From: Hemiscyllium ocellatum
Taxonomy: Eukaryota
Assembly (NCBI RefSeq): GCF_020745735.1
Contig: NW_026867470.1
Location: 1 to 64,000, forward strand
Length of the DNA: 64,000 bases
Reading direction: 5' to 3'
Every line of letters begins with the position of its first letter. Position 1 is the stretch's first letter. The notes under the pieces were generated by a model that worked only from the letters and a program-made list of their open reading frames with translations, did not search any database and had not been told where the DNA came from. Shown here piece by piece: positions 49,440 through 62,844 of this stretch. A program made the position numbers and the translations under genes.

Positions 49440-51060
49440 TGCTGCCACATTAGTCACTCTCCAGTCTTCTGGCATCTCATCTATGATTATCGATGATACA
49501 AATATCTCAGCAAGGGGTCCACGAATCTCTTCCCTAGCTTCCCACAAAGTTCTGAGAAATACCTAATCAGCTCTCCAGGATTTATTTCCATTTTTTACTT
49601 TAAGACCCCCAACACCTCCTCTTCTGTAAGATGAACTCATTTGATCTTTAAGGGCTGTATTCTCTTCTTAGTTATTCTTTTAACCTTAAAATAATTTTAG
49701 AATCTTTTCGGATTCTCCTTAATTCTATTTGCCATGCAATTTCATGCCCCCTTTTTTCCCTCATGATTTCCTGGTGAAGTATACTCCGACTGCCCTTACA
49801 CCCTTCTCAGGATTCACTCAATCCCAGCTGTCTATATCTGATGAATGCCCCCTTCGTTTTCTGGACAGGAGTTGCAATTTCCCTCATCATTGAGCTTTTC
49901 CCATGCCTTGCCCTTCACACAAACAGAAACATACCATCACTGAACTCTCATTGTCTCATTCTTAAAGGCCTCCCACTTGTCAGTCGTCCCTTTACCTGTG
50001 AATAACCTCCCCCAACCAACTTCTCAAAGTCTTATACCATCAAAACTGGCCACACTCCAATTTGAAACTTTCATTTTTAAATCAATTCTATCCTTTCTCA
50101 TCATTATTATCAAACCAATAGAATTATGATCACTTTCCCTGAAGCATGCCCCTACAGACACCTCAGTCACTTGTCCTGCCTTGATTCCCAACAGAAGGTC
50201 AAGTATTGCGAACTGTCCAGTAGGTCCATCCACATATTGAATAACAATATTTTCTTGTACAGACTTAACCAATTTCTCCACATTCCAAGATCTTAACACT
50301 ACCCCAAACTCTGGTTGGAAAGTTAAAATTCCCTACCATTATCCTCTTTCCTTACAGATAGCAGAATCGCTTGTAATTTTCCCACTGACTATTAGGAGGC
50401 CCATTTTACAATCCCAGCAAGGTCATCACCTCTTTCTTATTTTTAAGTTTCATCCATATAACTTCACTGGGCAGTCTCCAAGAAATATCCTCTCTACATC
50501 CAGCTGTAATGTTCTTTCTAACCAAGAACACTCCTCCATCTCCTCTCTTGCTCCTCTGTCTATCCATTCTATAACATCTGTATCCTGGAACATTAAGTTG
50601 TCAGTCCTGTTCATCCCTGAGCCACATTTCTGTAATGGTAATGTTATCCTTGTCCCACATTCCCATCTATGCCCTATGTTCATCTGTCTCACATGTCAGG
50701 CCTCTTCCATCGAAGTAAATGCAGTTTAACGTTCTTACTTTGCTCTTGCCAAACTGTTGTCTGCCTTGACCCCGAGAATTGCTCACAGCATCTCACCTCA
50801 AACACTTCTCTTTTCTCACTATCTTGTTAGTTCCCACCATCCACCTTACTAATTTAAAACCTTCAGCATACTGCTAGCAAATTTCCCCACAAGAATATCG
50901 GTCCCCTTCCAAGTCAGGTCCCTCTTATATAGGTCATTTCTATCCCTGAAGAGATCCCAGTGATTGAAAAATGGGAATCCTAACCCCTGCAGCAGTTCCT
51001 CAGCTACACATTCGCTGCTCTATCTGACTGTTCCTAATCTCAATATTCCATTAGTTTTTA
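49440..51060 (-). mobile_element. Decayed CR1 (ORF1 end, endonuclease, tether)
   Basis: ORF 50024 QYVDGPTGQFAILDLLLG...SDHNSI is an APE motif. Confidence 0.8.
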
Positions 51061-52069
51061 AACAAACCCCAACATGACATTTGCCATCTTTATTGACAGT
51101 TGAAATTAAAAGCTAACTTTTTGTGGTTCGGAGATGCAGACTCCCTGTAGATTTCTGAATTCAATCTCTACCTTGCCTGTTAAAATGCACAAGTCCACTG
51201 TTTATGTCTGTTCTCATTTATTTAATCCACATTACATTAATGTGCAAAACTCCTTGTTCACTCCCATCCTATCTGTATCGCTCCGCAAACTTCTTTTTGT
51301 GTCATACTCACCACTTGTCTCCGCTCCAATTTTTGTGTCATTCGCAAACTTGCCTACAATATACTCACTTTCCTCATCTAAGTCATCAAAATACTTTGTA
51401 AATTTTTTTTGTCCTCCAGAACAGATTTATGTGGTCCTCCATACTTTGACATCCTGTAAAATAAAACACTTAATCAAACTCTTCGGATTGGGATTTCAAA
51501 AATCCTCTCTCCACGTTAATACAGTCCCTCCAAAGCCAAGGCTCCTTTCTTATTCAGTAATCTTATGCATGGGTGCTATCAAACACCTTCAGAAAATCAA
51601 AACATATTACAATCACCGTTTCCTCCATTTTCTCCAAGAATTCCAATATATTTATCAGGCAAGATTTCCATTTTGTAAAGCCATTCCCAGTTTTCTGCTG
51701 GAACATCCTTTTTTAAAGACTCCACCATTTTTTTCAATAAATGATGTTAAACTAAGTAGCCTCAGTCAATCTTTTGTGTGCCTTAACTTTTTATGAGTGA
51801 AGGTGTTGGTTGAAGGATCTACTATCAGCCGTCACTTCCACCTGCTGGAGAAGCACTGTCATCTACTGTGAAAAACTCAACAAATTGTGTCTATGTTCAT
51901 TTACTGAGAAAGCAATTCCACAAATGTTCTAGCTCATCACCTTCTGCTGGTGGTCCCAGATTTTACGAAGCTATTCATTGAAAGTCGACAAGGCTAATTA
52001 ACATCAAATCAAGATCAATAATTGAGCAGAAATATCTCAATTCCTGGTCACGTATATTTGTTCATCTCT

Positions 52070-53260
52070 TTTTAGGACATTAGCTTTGACAATGTGGAGA
52101 CTGTATGGGTGGAGCTGTGAAATACCAAGGGACAAAAAACATTAGTGGGTGTCATAGACAGACCCCTAGACTGCAGTGGTCGTATCGGAATAGTATTAAA
52201 CAGGAAATTAGCCAAGCATGTGATATGGAGACATCTGTGACCATGGGTGATTTTAATCTGCATCTAGATTGGACAAATCAAATTAGCCACAATGTCTTAG
52301 AGTAAAAATTCTTGGAGTACATACAGGATGGTTTTCTTAACCAATATGTGGATGAACCAACTAGAGAGCAGGCCATCTTAGACTGGGTACTGTGTAATGA
52401 GAAGGGAATCATTGCCAATCTAGCTGCGTGAGACTCCTTGGGGATGAGTGACCATGACATGATACAACTTTTTTTATCAAGATGGAGAGTGAGCCAGCTG
52501 ATTTGGAGATGAGGGTGCTGAATTTTAATAAAGGAAACTATGAAGATATATAAGGCATGAGTTGGCGTTGATAGATCAGTGAAAGTTGCTTAAAGGAGTG
52601 ACAGTAGATAGGCATTGGCAAATATTCAAGGAAATCATGGGGGAACTGCAACAGCTATTTATTCCTGTCTGGTACAAAAGCAAAATGGGTGACAGGGCCA
52701 ATCCGTGGCTTATAAAGGAAATTAGATAGCATCCAATTGAAGGAAATGGGCCAAAAAAAATAACAGGTCTGATATTTGAGAGCAGTTTCGAATTCAGCAA
52801 AGAAGGACCAAGGGATTGATTAAGATGGGGAAAACACAGTACAAAAGAAAGTAAGCTTGCAGGGAACATGAAGACTGATGCTACAAGGTTCTACAGTACA
52901 TGAAGAGAAAGAGATTGATGAAGACAAATGTTAGGTCCCTATAGATGGAAATTGGGGAAATGTACAACAAAGGACAACGAACAGCTGAGCAATTGTATAC
53001 ATCCTTTAGTTCTGTCTTCACAAAAACCGACAGGTATACAGGAGGTGGGTGAGGCTGCAGTTGGAACATGTGTTCTGTTTTGGTCACCTTGCTCAGGGAA
53101 GGATGTTATTAAACTGGAAAGAGTGCAGAAGAAATTTATAAGGATGTTGCTCGCACTCAGTGTTATAAGGAGAGGCTGAACAAGCTTTTTCTTTTCTTGG
53201 CAGTCTAGGAGACTGAGAGGGGATCTTATAGAACTGTACAAAATTATGAGAGGCAGACAC
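52070..53260 (+). mobile_element. CR1 endonuclease/tether fragments plus 3' piece
   Basis: MGDFNLHLDW and FWSPCSGKDVIKLERVQKKF. Confidence 0.8.
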
Positions 53261-53324
53261 TCAGTCTTTTTTGTCTTGAAGAAGTTTTCCTCCTCTGTCT
53301 TTCCAATCTGCAGGCTCCCTGCCT

Positions 53325-53450
53325 CTATTCCTGATGAAGGGTTTTTGCCCGACACGTCGATTTTCCTGCTCCTCGGATGCTGCCTGACCTGCTGTGCTTT
53401 TCCAGCACCACTCTCATCTAGACTCTGGTTTCCAGCATCTGCAGTCCTTT
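53325..53450 (+). mobile_element. PLE terminal fragment with mutated hammerhead motif
   Basis: ATTCCTGATGAAGGGTTTTTGCCCGACACGTC (GAAA changed to GACA). Confidence 0.75.
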
Positions 53451-53454
53451 TAAC

Positions 53455-53750
53455 GAGTTGGTTTATATCAGACAGGCAGAGATTGGCGTCAGTGACTGTG
53501 GGGCTGGTTTATATCAGACAGGCAGAGATTGGCGTCAGTGACTGTGGGGCTGGTTTATATCAGACGCGGGAGATTGGTGTTAGTGACTGTGGGGCTGGTT
53601 TATATCAGACTGGAGGAAACTGTTGTCACTGTCTGTGGGACAGGGTGAAATCAGACATGGGGAGACTTGTGTCTGTGGGGTGGTTTATATTCGACAGGGG
53701 GTGATTGGTGTCAGTGAGCGAGGGGCTGGTTTATATCTGACAGGAGGAGT
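53455..53750. repeat. 46-bp minisatellite, about 6 copies
   Basis: GTTTATATCAGAC at 53461, 53507, 53553 and 53598, then degenerate copies. Confidence 0.88.
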
Positions 53751-55099
53751 TTGGTGAGGATGTTATAAAGCCAGAAAAGGATCACTTCATGTTTTAATTC
53801 TCTTTCAAGGCATACTGGGCACTCAAGGGTTAAACACTACACTGTGAACAGACTCACTCCAGGATCAATTACAGAATAGACAGAACATCTCAGTAGGATA
53901 ACTGAATCTTCGAGAAGGAATCCATTGCAGCCACACATGTGGATTCCTCTGCAGCCTCAAGCAACGGTATTTGTCCTCCCCAGCCAAGACTGATAGCCTT
54001 GGCCGCAACCCTGTTCAACTGCCTCCTGCTCCTATTATCTTGCTTCTCTCCGTATTAGCATTGGGATGTGAATTCCCCATTGAAAACAGGCAAAACCCTT
54101 CAGTTTTAATCTCTTCCCATTGACACATGATCATGAAGAATACGATAATCAGTTGTTATCGCAGGACATCAACATTCACCGGACCTTGTAAAATTATAAT
54201 TGCCCATCTTAAACAATGTAACGACAGTCAACCATGTGGATTATAGACCTTTTGTATCACCACAAGTAGATACACAACTACTTTCAGGGACATGGAGAAT
54301 CTCACGCTGCACTCCGATAATAAAGCATCTGCTGTTGTACTCAAACTTGTGTCGTCTGGATTTGTGGAACAAAATATAGATTAACAGCCTCACAATTCTA
54401 TGTTTGATTTTTCATTTTCAATCAGGAAGTGTCTGCTTCACCTTCCCATATCTAACAAACCATCAGATTTCATCTCTGCAGCCTCAGCTCCTCTCTGTAA
54501 CCACAAATAAACACTGAGTGCCGAAGATATTTAGCAGGTGCAGAAGCATCTGCAGACAGCGAGAACAGAGTTCAAACCCAGGTCTGACAGTGTGTCAGAA
54601 TAAAGCTCAATCTTGTGGTACTGCCACATTGACAATTGTTAGGGCCAACACCTCAGTCAAAGTCTCTTCATTGTCCTGTTTTTTATCGAATGGCAGTGGT
54701 CTACAGTGCAGAACGAGTCCCTTCAGCCCATTGATTCTGTGCCAGTCAAAAACAACCATCAAACTATGGTAACTTCATTTCTCAGCCCTCGGCCCATCAC
54801 CTTGTATCAGGTAAAAACAATGACTGCAGATGCTGGAAACCAGAGTCTAGATTAGAGTGGTGCTGGAAAAGCCCAGCAAGTCAGGCAGCATCCAAGGAGC
54901 AGGAAAATTGACGTTTCGGGCAAACAGTACAGACTACAGATTCAAAAACACCAGCAACGGTTCTCCTTCAAGACCCATCACCTTGTATGTCTTGGCATTG
55001 CAAGTGCACATCTGAATACTTCTTCAATGATTTGAGAGCTTCTGTCTGTAATGCCCTTCCGGCAGTGAATTCAGTTTCTCACCACCCTCTGGGTGAAAG

Positions 55100-57300
55100 C
55101 CTTTTTCCTTCATTACACAGACCATGAGTATAGGAGTTAGGACATCATGTTGAGGTTGTACAGGCCTCTTTTAGAATACTGTGTCCAATTCTGGTCTCCC
55201 TGTTATAGGAGGGGTATTGTTAAACTGTTCAGAAAATATTTACAAGGATGTTGCCAGCACTGGAGGGTTTGAGTTCGATGGAAAGGAGCTTGAAGGTTGA
55301 GGGGTGACCTTACAGAGGTGTATAATATAATAAGGAGCATATATAAGGTGAATGTCAGATGTCTTTTCCCTCGGGTGATAGACTTCAGGGTTTGTATATG
55401 AAGAGGAAGTGATTAGCGAGATATGGAACAAGTACAGGTAAATGGGACTAGGGTAAATTAGGATATCTGGTCAGCATGGATAAGTTGGGCCGAAGGATCC
55501 GTTTCTGTGCTGAAAGTCTCTATTACTCAATGACATGGTTGAGATGGATAAAATAATGAGGGGTGTTCATAAGGGAGACAGTGAGGAAATTTTCCCCTTG
55601 GACTAGGGAGCTTATTCCCCCCTAGACTTCAGCACTAGGGGACATACTTTTAAAGTGAGAGGAGAAAGATTTAAAAGGGAAATGAGGGTCAGCTTTTCCT
55701 ACACAGAGAGTGGTTCGTGAGGAATTAATGGATGCGGGTACAGTTCCAATGTTTAAAAGGTATTTGGACAAACAGGAAAGTATTGAAGGGATATGGGCCA
55801 GGAGCAGGTGGTGGGACTAGTTTTGTTTGGGATTATGGGTAGCATGGACTTTGGGGGGAACCAAAAGGTCTGTTTCCATGCTGTATGACTTTATCACTGA
55901 CATTCCCCTTAAGTCTCCTGCCCCTTACCTTAAATATCTGCACTGCCTTCCAGTCTTCACAACATTTGTCTTAATTGGTTCCTCCATCAAGGGGAATATT
56001 TCCTTACTGTCTACCCAATCAACACCGCTCATTATTTTGTACATCTCAGTGATGCCATAGAGTCAAACAGATGTACAACACAGAAACAGATCCTTCAACC
56101 CAACTCGTCCATGCCAACCTGATATCCAAAATTAACCTCGAGCCATTTACCAGCACTTGGCCCTCTAATCCCTTCCAGTTCAAATTAACAATCACCCAAC
56201 ACCAGGTTATAATCCAACAGGTTTATTTGGAACGACTAGCTTTCCGAACACTGCTCCTTCATCAGGTGGTTGTGGAGTTTTCTTCTACCCCTCCCGATGT
56301 CTTTTATATGTTACTAGCCTTGTACTGGCCTGCACTTCCTCTTGCATACATGCACTGCCTGTTGCATGAAAACGTTGCCCCTTAGGACCCTTGTAAGTCT
56401 TTCCCCTCTCACCCTAAACCTATGCCCTCTAGTTCTGGACTCCCCCACCCCAGGGAAAAGACCTTGTCTATTTACCCTATCCATGCATCCATGACTTTAT
56501 AAACCTCTAGAAGGTCACTCCTCAACCTTCGACACTCCAGGGAAACCAGTTCCAGCCTATTCAGCCTTTCCTGTAGTTCAAACCCTCCAACCCTGGCAAC
56601 ATCCTTGTAAATCTTTTCTGAACCCTTTCAAATTTCACAACATCCTTTCTATAGGAATCAGAGCAGAATTGCACACAATACTCCAAAGGTGGCCTAACCA
56701 ATGTTCTCATACCGCCACAACATGACCTCCAAACTTCTTTACTCAATGCTCTGACTAATAAGGGAAAGTATATCAAATGCCTTCTTCACTATCCTATCTA
56801 CCTGTGACTCCCCTCTCAATCTCTCTGGTCTCAGGAAAACGAACCAATCTTTCCAGTCGCTCTTCATAACTGAAACTCTCCAGCTCAGACAATATCTTTC
56901 CAAGTCTTGAGTGCTAACACATCCCTCCTTAAATGGGGATTCCAGAAATGCAGACAACAAGCTAGCTGTCCCCTAGCCAATGTTTTCGATAGTTCTAACA
57001 GAACTTCCCAGCTCAAACTCGGTGCTCAACAAGGAAAGGCGAGTTTATCACCTGAGCTGGTGTTTAAGTGACTGGGGGACATGCACAACAAGGTCCCTCT
57101 GATCTTCAGTGCTTCCCAGGGCCCTATAATGCATCACGTATTCCCTTACCATGATTGCCCTCCTATGATCTAAGCCCATCTTCCTCACTGTTTGCCATCA
57201 CACTGGTTTTCATATCATCCGTGAACTCACTGATCAATCCTCCAACTTTCAAGTGAAGGTTATTTCAATAAACCTAGAAACTGCGAGGTCCCAATATTGG
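55100..57300. mobile_element. Cluster of CR1 3' fragments in both orientations, with a family-B PLE remnant at about 56200-56280
   Basis: ORF 56561 LVRPPLEYCVQFCS. Minus-strand CTGATGAAGGAGCAGTGTTCGGAAAGCTA near 56237-56265. Confidence 0.75.
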
Positions 57301-57319
57301 CCTCTGCAAGATCCCACTG

Positions 57320-59720
57320 GGAGAAAGTGAGGACTGCAGGTGCTGGAGATCAGAGCTGAAAATCTGTTGCTGGAAAAGCGCAGTAGGTCAGGCAGTATCC
57401 AAGGAGCAGGAGAGTCGACGTTTCGGGCATGAGCCCTTCTTCAGGAATGAGGAAAGTGTGTCCATCAGGCTAAGATAAAAGATAGGGAGGAGGGACTTGG
57501 GGGAGGTGCGTTGGAAATGCGATAGATGGAAGGAGGTCAAGGTGAGGGTGTTAGGCCAGAGTGGGGTGGGGGCGGAGAGGTCAGGAAGAAGATTGCAGAT
57601 TAGGAGGCGGTGCTGAGTTCAAGGGATTTGACTGAGACAAGGTGGGGGGAGGGGAAATGAGGAAACTGGAGAAATCTAAGTTCATCCCTTGTGGTTGGAG
57701 TGTTCCTAGGAGGAAGATTAGGCGCTCTTCCTCCAGCCGTCATGTTGCTATGGTCTGGCGACAGAGGAGTCCAAGGACCTGCATGTCCTTGGTGGAGTGG
57801 GAGGGGGAGTTGAAGCGTTGAGCCACGGGGTGGTTGGGTTGTTTGGTCCGGGTGTTCCAGAGGTGTTCTCTGAAACATTCCGCAAGTAGGCAGCCTGTCT
57901 TCCTAATATAGAGGAGGCCCCATCAGGTGCAGCGGATGCAATAAATGATGTGTGTGGAGGTGCAGGTGAATTTGTGGTGGATATGGAAGGCTCCCTTGGG
58001 CCTTGGAAGGAAGTAAGGGGGGAGGCAATTTTGCATCTCTTGCAGTTGCAGGGGAAGGTGCCGGGAGTGGAGGTTGGGTTGGTGGGGGGTGTGGACCTGA
58101 CGAGGGAGTCACGGAGGGAATGGTCTTTTTAGAATGCTGATAGGGGAGGGGAGGGAAATATATCTCTGGTGGTGGGGTCTGTTTGGAGGTGGTGGAAATG
58201 ACGACGGATGATACGATGTATATGGAGGTTAGTGGGGTGGTAGGTGAGGACCAGTGGGGTTCTGTCCTGGTGGCGATTGGAGGGGCGGGGCTCAAGGGCA
58301 GAGGAGCGGGAAGTGGAGGAGTTGGGGTGGAGGTCATATTCGATCACGTCTGGGGAGATATTGCAGTCTTTGAAGAAGGAGGCCATCTGGGCTGTACGGT
58401 ATTGGAACTGGTCCTCCTGGGAGCAGATGCGGCGGAGACGAAGGAATTGGGAATATGGGATGGCGTTTTTACAGGGGGCAGGGTGGGAGGAGGCGTAGTC
58501 TAGGTAGTTGTGGGAGTCAGTCGGTTTATAGTAAATGTCCGCATTGATTCGGTTGCCTGAGATAGAAAGGGAAAGGTCTAGGAAGGGGAGGGAGGTGTCT
58601 GAGATGGTCCAGGTAAATTTGAGGTCGGTTGGTAAAGTGGATGAACTGTTCAACCTGCCTCCACGAGGCAGCGCCGATACAGTAATCAATGTAGCGGAGG
58701 AAAAGGTGGGAGGTGGTGCCAGTGTAGTTGTGGAAGATGGACTGTTCCACATATCCTACGAAGAGGCAGGCTTGGCTGGGGCCCATGCGGGTGCCCATGG
58801 CAACTCCTTTGGTTTGGAGAAAGTGGGAGTGTTGGAAAGAGAAGTTGTTCAGGGTGAGGACCAGTTCAGTCAGTCGAAGGAGGGTGTCAGTGGAAGGGTA
58901 CTGGTTGGTACGGCGGGAAAGGAAGAAGCGGAGGGCTTTGAGGCCTTCATGATGGAAGATGGAGGTGTACAGGGACTGGATGTCCATGGTGAAGATAAGG
59001 CGTTGGGGACCGGGGAAGCGAAAATCATAGAGGAGGTGGAGGGCGTGGGTGGTGTCCCAAACGTAGGTACGGAGTTCTTGGACTAAGGGGGACAGGACCA
59101 TGTCGAGGTATGCAGAGATGAGTTCTCTGGGGCAGGAGCAGGCTGAGACAATGGGTCGGCCGGGGCAGTCAGGTTTGTGGATTTTGGGCAGGAGGTAGAA
59201 ACGGGCGGTGCGGGGTTGTGGGACTCTGAGTTTGGAGACGGTGGATGGGAGATCCCCTGAGGTGATGAGGTTATGGATGGTCTGGGAGATGATGGTTTGG
59301 TGGTTGGAGATGGGGTCATGGTCAAGGGGGCAGTAGGAGGAGGTGTCCACAAGCTGGTGTTTAACCTCAGCGGTGTAAAGGTCGGTGCGCCAAACTACTA
59401 CCGCGCCTCCCTTGTCTGCCGGTTTGATGGTGAGGTTGGGGTTGGAGTGGAGGGAGTGGAGGGCTGCACATTCTGAGGGTGAGAGGTTGGAGTGGGTAAG
59501 AGGGATGGAGAGGTTGAGGTGGTTAATGTCACGGCGGCAGTTGGCTATGAAGTGATTGAGGGCAGGTAAGAGGCCAGCACAGGGTGTCCAGGTGGATGGG
59601 GTGTGTTGGAGGCGGGAGAAGGGGTTGTCAGAGGGTGGGCGAGAATCCTGGTTGAAGAAGTAGGCACGGAGGTGAAGTGGCAGAAGAATTGTTCGATGTC
59701 TCTCCGCGTGTTGAACTCGT
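57320..59720 (-). mobile_element. Penelope-like retroelement, 5'-truncated (RT plus GIY-YIG, frameshifted; hammerhead motif at 57413-57448)
   Basis: ORF 58526-59350 FYLLPKIHK...GRPIVS...MDIQSLYTSI...KGVAMGTRMGP...FLRYIDY, where the catalytic YIDD is changed to YIDY. ORF 58129 KPTDSHNYLDY. GIY-YIG region near 57700-57960. Confidence 0.92.
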
Positions 59721-60116
59721 TAATCCGAAAACGTAGGGGAATGAAGGTGAGGCCTTGTACAGCTTGGGGAAGGTAGAAAGGGACAGTGGTAGCGTCTTTA
59801 CCTCTGAGCTAGGAGATTCAGTTTCAAGTCCCACCTGGTCTAGAGGAATACCGTACCATCACTGAACAGGTTGGTTGAGAAACTATCTCCAAGGTGTTTT
59901 CTCCTCTCCTGAAATCCTGAATAGACATTCCAACAACACCTCTGCACCTGAATGGCACTGTCTCTTCTCAATCTAATCTTTCTTCCTTCCATCCGAACCT
60001 CTTTTAGGAGATTTACAGCATTCACTTTACCCCAGGGAAGTGAGTTTTGCAGCTTTTAAAAACTTTTACGTTTGTGTCTTCGCTGAAACAGCAGCAGGAA
60101 TTTATCTTCTTGGATA

Positions 60117-60118
<2 letters not shown>

Positions 60119-60150
<32 letters not shown>
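60119..60150. repeat. (CA)n microsatellite, about 16 units
   Basis: Direct read. Confidence 0.95.
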
Positions 60151-60151
<1 letters not shown>

Positions 60152-60689
60152 AGGACTGAACCCTGATCTCGGATGATGACCTCTGCAGGGAGACAGACAT
60201 CAACTGTAAATAACCTCTTGGATCTTCCTGTACATCGACAGCATTGGTCTGTTTGGGTGCCTGCTTTTCTAAACCGTGTCTAAGCAACAAATGATGATAG
60301 ATTCATAACAGTTTTCCTCCAATCCATGTTTAAGGCATGTGTTTGTGTTATTTTTCACTGAGTGTTGATATAATCTTCTAAAATGGGGAGTGGCCTCCAT
60401 CTCAGATGACCACACCAGCGTGCCTTGGGGACACTGAGGAAATGATTAGGGAAGTGTATCTGTACCATTCCACCTTCTGCACCCTGTACTGCCAGATAGT
60501 GCTCCCTCAGTATCTCAGAAAGCACCTCCTCTGTATGTTTATCCCCAAAGCACCTTGACAGAACATTCATGCCCTCAACACCTCAGAAAACAAACCTGTT
60601 ACCCCCTTGGACCGTGTTCATCCCCAAACCTGTTCTCACTGTGGTGACCCACAGCCACCCCCAAGATTGGAGCCCTTATTTGGGTCCCG

Positions 60690-60960
60690 GGATTGATTAT
60701 AGAATGTGGAAGCAGGCCATTCGGCCTATCAGGTTCACACTGACCCTCGGCAGAGCATCCCATCCCCCCCACTCTATCCCTGGATCCCTTCATTTCCACT
60801 GGCTAATCCACCGAGCCTGCACAGCCTTGGACAGTGGGAGGGAACTGAAGCACCCAGAGGCTGACACGGGGAGAATGTGCAAACTCCACACAGACAGTCG
60901 CTCGAGGCTGGAATTGAACCTGGGTGGGGTGAGGCAACAGAGCTAACCACAGAGCCCCTG
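60690..60960 (-). mobile_element. V/HE1-type SINE
   Basis: Same body as the other copies. Confidence 0.75.
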
Positions 60961-61386
60961 TGACAATCCCACTATCTCCTCCCTGTTGATGACCGTTTGA
61001 TGTGTATACCCGGGGAGTATCTAACTTGTCTAGCGTTTATTTAAGAAAGATTAGGGAAAAGGACAATGCCTCCACAAGCTCAAGATGCTTGGTCCCCCTC
61101 TAAAAAATATTTGCATTAGTTTCAAACAGAGACTTTATTCACAAAAAAATGATGTACAAACGTGGTAACTAAAGTTAGGTTCTGTACAGTCTTTACAACA
61201 AGTCTTTATGATGACATAAATACTTCTCTTGGCTGATTAACTGAAATGTTAGATCTGAGCTGTTCCTTCTTAATTAACATCATAAAGTTACATTGATAAG
61301 GATTTTTGTGAAGTGCCGTAAATCTTTATCTGTTCCCCCATGCACCCCGCCCTCCAAATACAATGCCTTACAAAGGCTTAAACCTG

Positions 61387-61559
61387 AGCAGAAAATGTGT
61401 TGCTGGAAAAGTGCAGCAGGTCAGGCAGCATCCAAGGAGCAGGAGAATTGACGGAAACATCGATTCTCAAGCTCCTTGGATGCTGCCTGACCTGCTGCGC
61501 TTTTCCAGCAACACATTTTCAGCTTGATCTCCAACATCTGCAGTCCTCATTTTCTCCTA
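61387..61559 (+). mobile_element. Fold-back PLE mini-insertion, family A, hammerhead core deleted
   Basis: Inverted arms meet at GACGGAAACATCGATTC. TSD AAAG(G/C)CTTAAACCTG at 61372-61386 and 61560-61574. Confidence 0.82.
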
Positions 61560-62844
61560 AAAGCCTTAAACCTGTTTGTCAACTTTCAACAGAAGCAACC
61601 TCAGGGCATGAACACAGACTGAGTTGCTCGGTCACACATGATTGATTGGGACAGATCAAATTCTCAAGCAAACACCCGCACAGATTGCTGGGGAAATTCA
61701 GCAGATCAGACAGCAACGGTGAAGAGAGAGAGGAACAATTCACATTTCAAGTGATCCTTCCTCAAAACGGTCTGTTCTGAAGGAACTTTTCCGCAGAAAT
61801 GACTAGATTGAAAGGTGAACTCTCTCTCTCTCTCCCTTCACAGATGCTGCCGGACATGCTTAGCTTCTTCAGCAATCTCTGCATTGATGGTTCAGGTTTC
61901 CAGCGCGTCTGTACAAGTTGATTTTAGTGTCGAATTCCCAAGCTTGCTCTATTATAGGGATTGGATTCCTCTGCTACAAAGGGGGGTCTCAGGTACCTCA
62001 GCTAACTGGTTCGTGATGCCAACATTGTTGGCTCAATTTCTATCATGTCTGAAATTACCATCAAGGTCCCAACTTCTCCACCTCGCCCCTCCCCTGAGGT
62101 GTGTAACCCACCAGTCCTCTCTCTCTGACAAGAAAGCAGCTCTCGGGTCCTCCTGGTCTACAATAACTTCCCAACTTTAAAAAGGCACTCCAGTAAGAGA
62201 GCTCTTTACATGATTCAGATCAAAATCCTGGAGTTCACTCCCTAACATCAACGTGGGACACCAAGGGCTATAGCAGGAGAATACAGCTCACCCCCACCCT
62301 CCAGGCAACTGGATGGTGTGGTAATCTCATGCAAGTGAAATTTGCAAGTAACCTTTATCACAAGGTCACGGTGGATGGTCACTAAGACTGTTTCTTTACC
62401 TCTGTTCAAATCAGCGGAACGGAGAACCAAAGGATGGGGTGAAAATGACAGTGATAGCATTTCGTAGGTTGGTGTCTGTTTGAGGTTGCATCATCTCTAT
62501 GAATGTTTGAACACTTATTCAAGGGCATGCAGTTAGCTGCCAGGGGATATGGTGGGGGCTGGTACAATTGCAACATTTAAAAGGCATCAGGATGAGTATG
62601 TGAATAGGAAGGGTTTAGAGGGATATCAGCCAAGTGCTAGCAAATGGAACTAAATTAAGTTGGATATCTGGTTGGCATGAATAAGTTGGGCCGAAGGGCC
62701 TGTTTCCATGCTGTGCATCTCTCTGAATAGACTGTTGCAGAGTTTCAGACAGGGCTTGGATTGTGTGTCTCTCTCATACTTTCTCAGAATCTGCAAACGC
62801 AATGTCTCCATATTTCCACAAAACATTAAGAAAGAGAAAAAAAA

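Noticed and set aside
51134-51796. 220-aa ORF
   Set aside because: Low-complexity S/L/F-rich translation, apparently the antisense of a decayed LINE; no domain recognised.
58183-59476. G/V/E-rich plus-strand ORFs
   Set aside because: Antisense frames of the Penelope RT.
44140-61120. Other perfect octamers (near 44147, 45087 and 61110)
   Set aside because: Isolated, in AT-rich or repeat sequence far from Ig segments, and about the number expected by chance.
33500-62800. Additional VH, D, J segments or a second Ig cluster
   Set aside because: By eye I found no YYC plus RSS, WGxG or C1-set exon. This fits widely spaced single clusters, but short or decayed segments could be missed.
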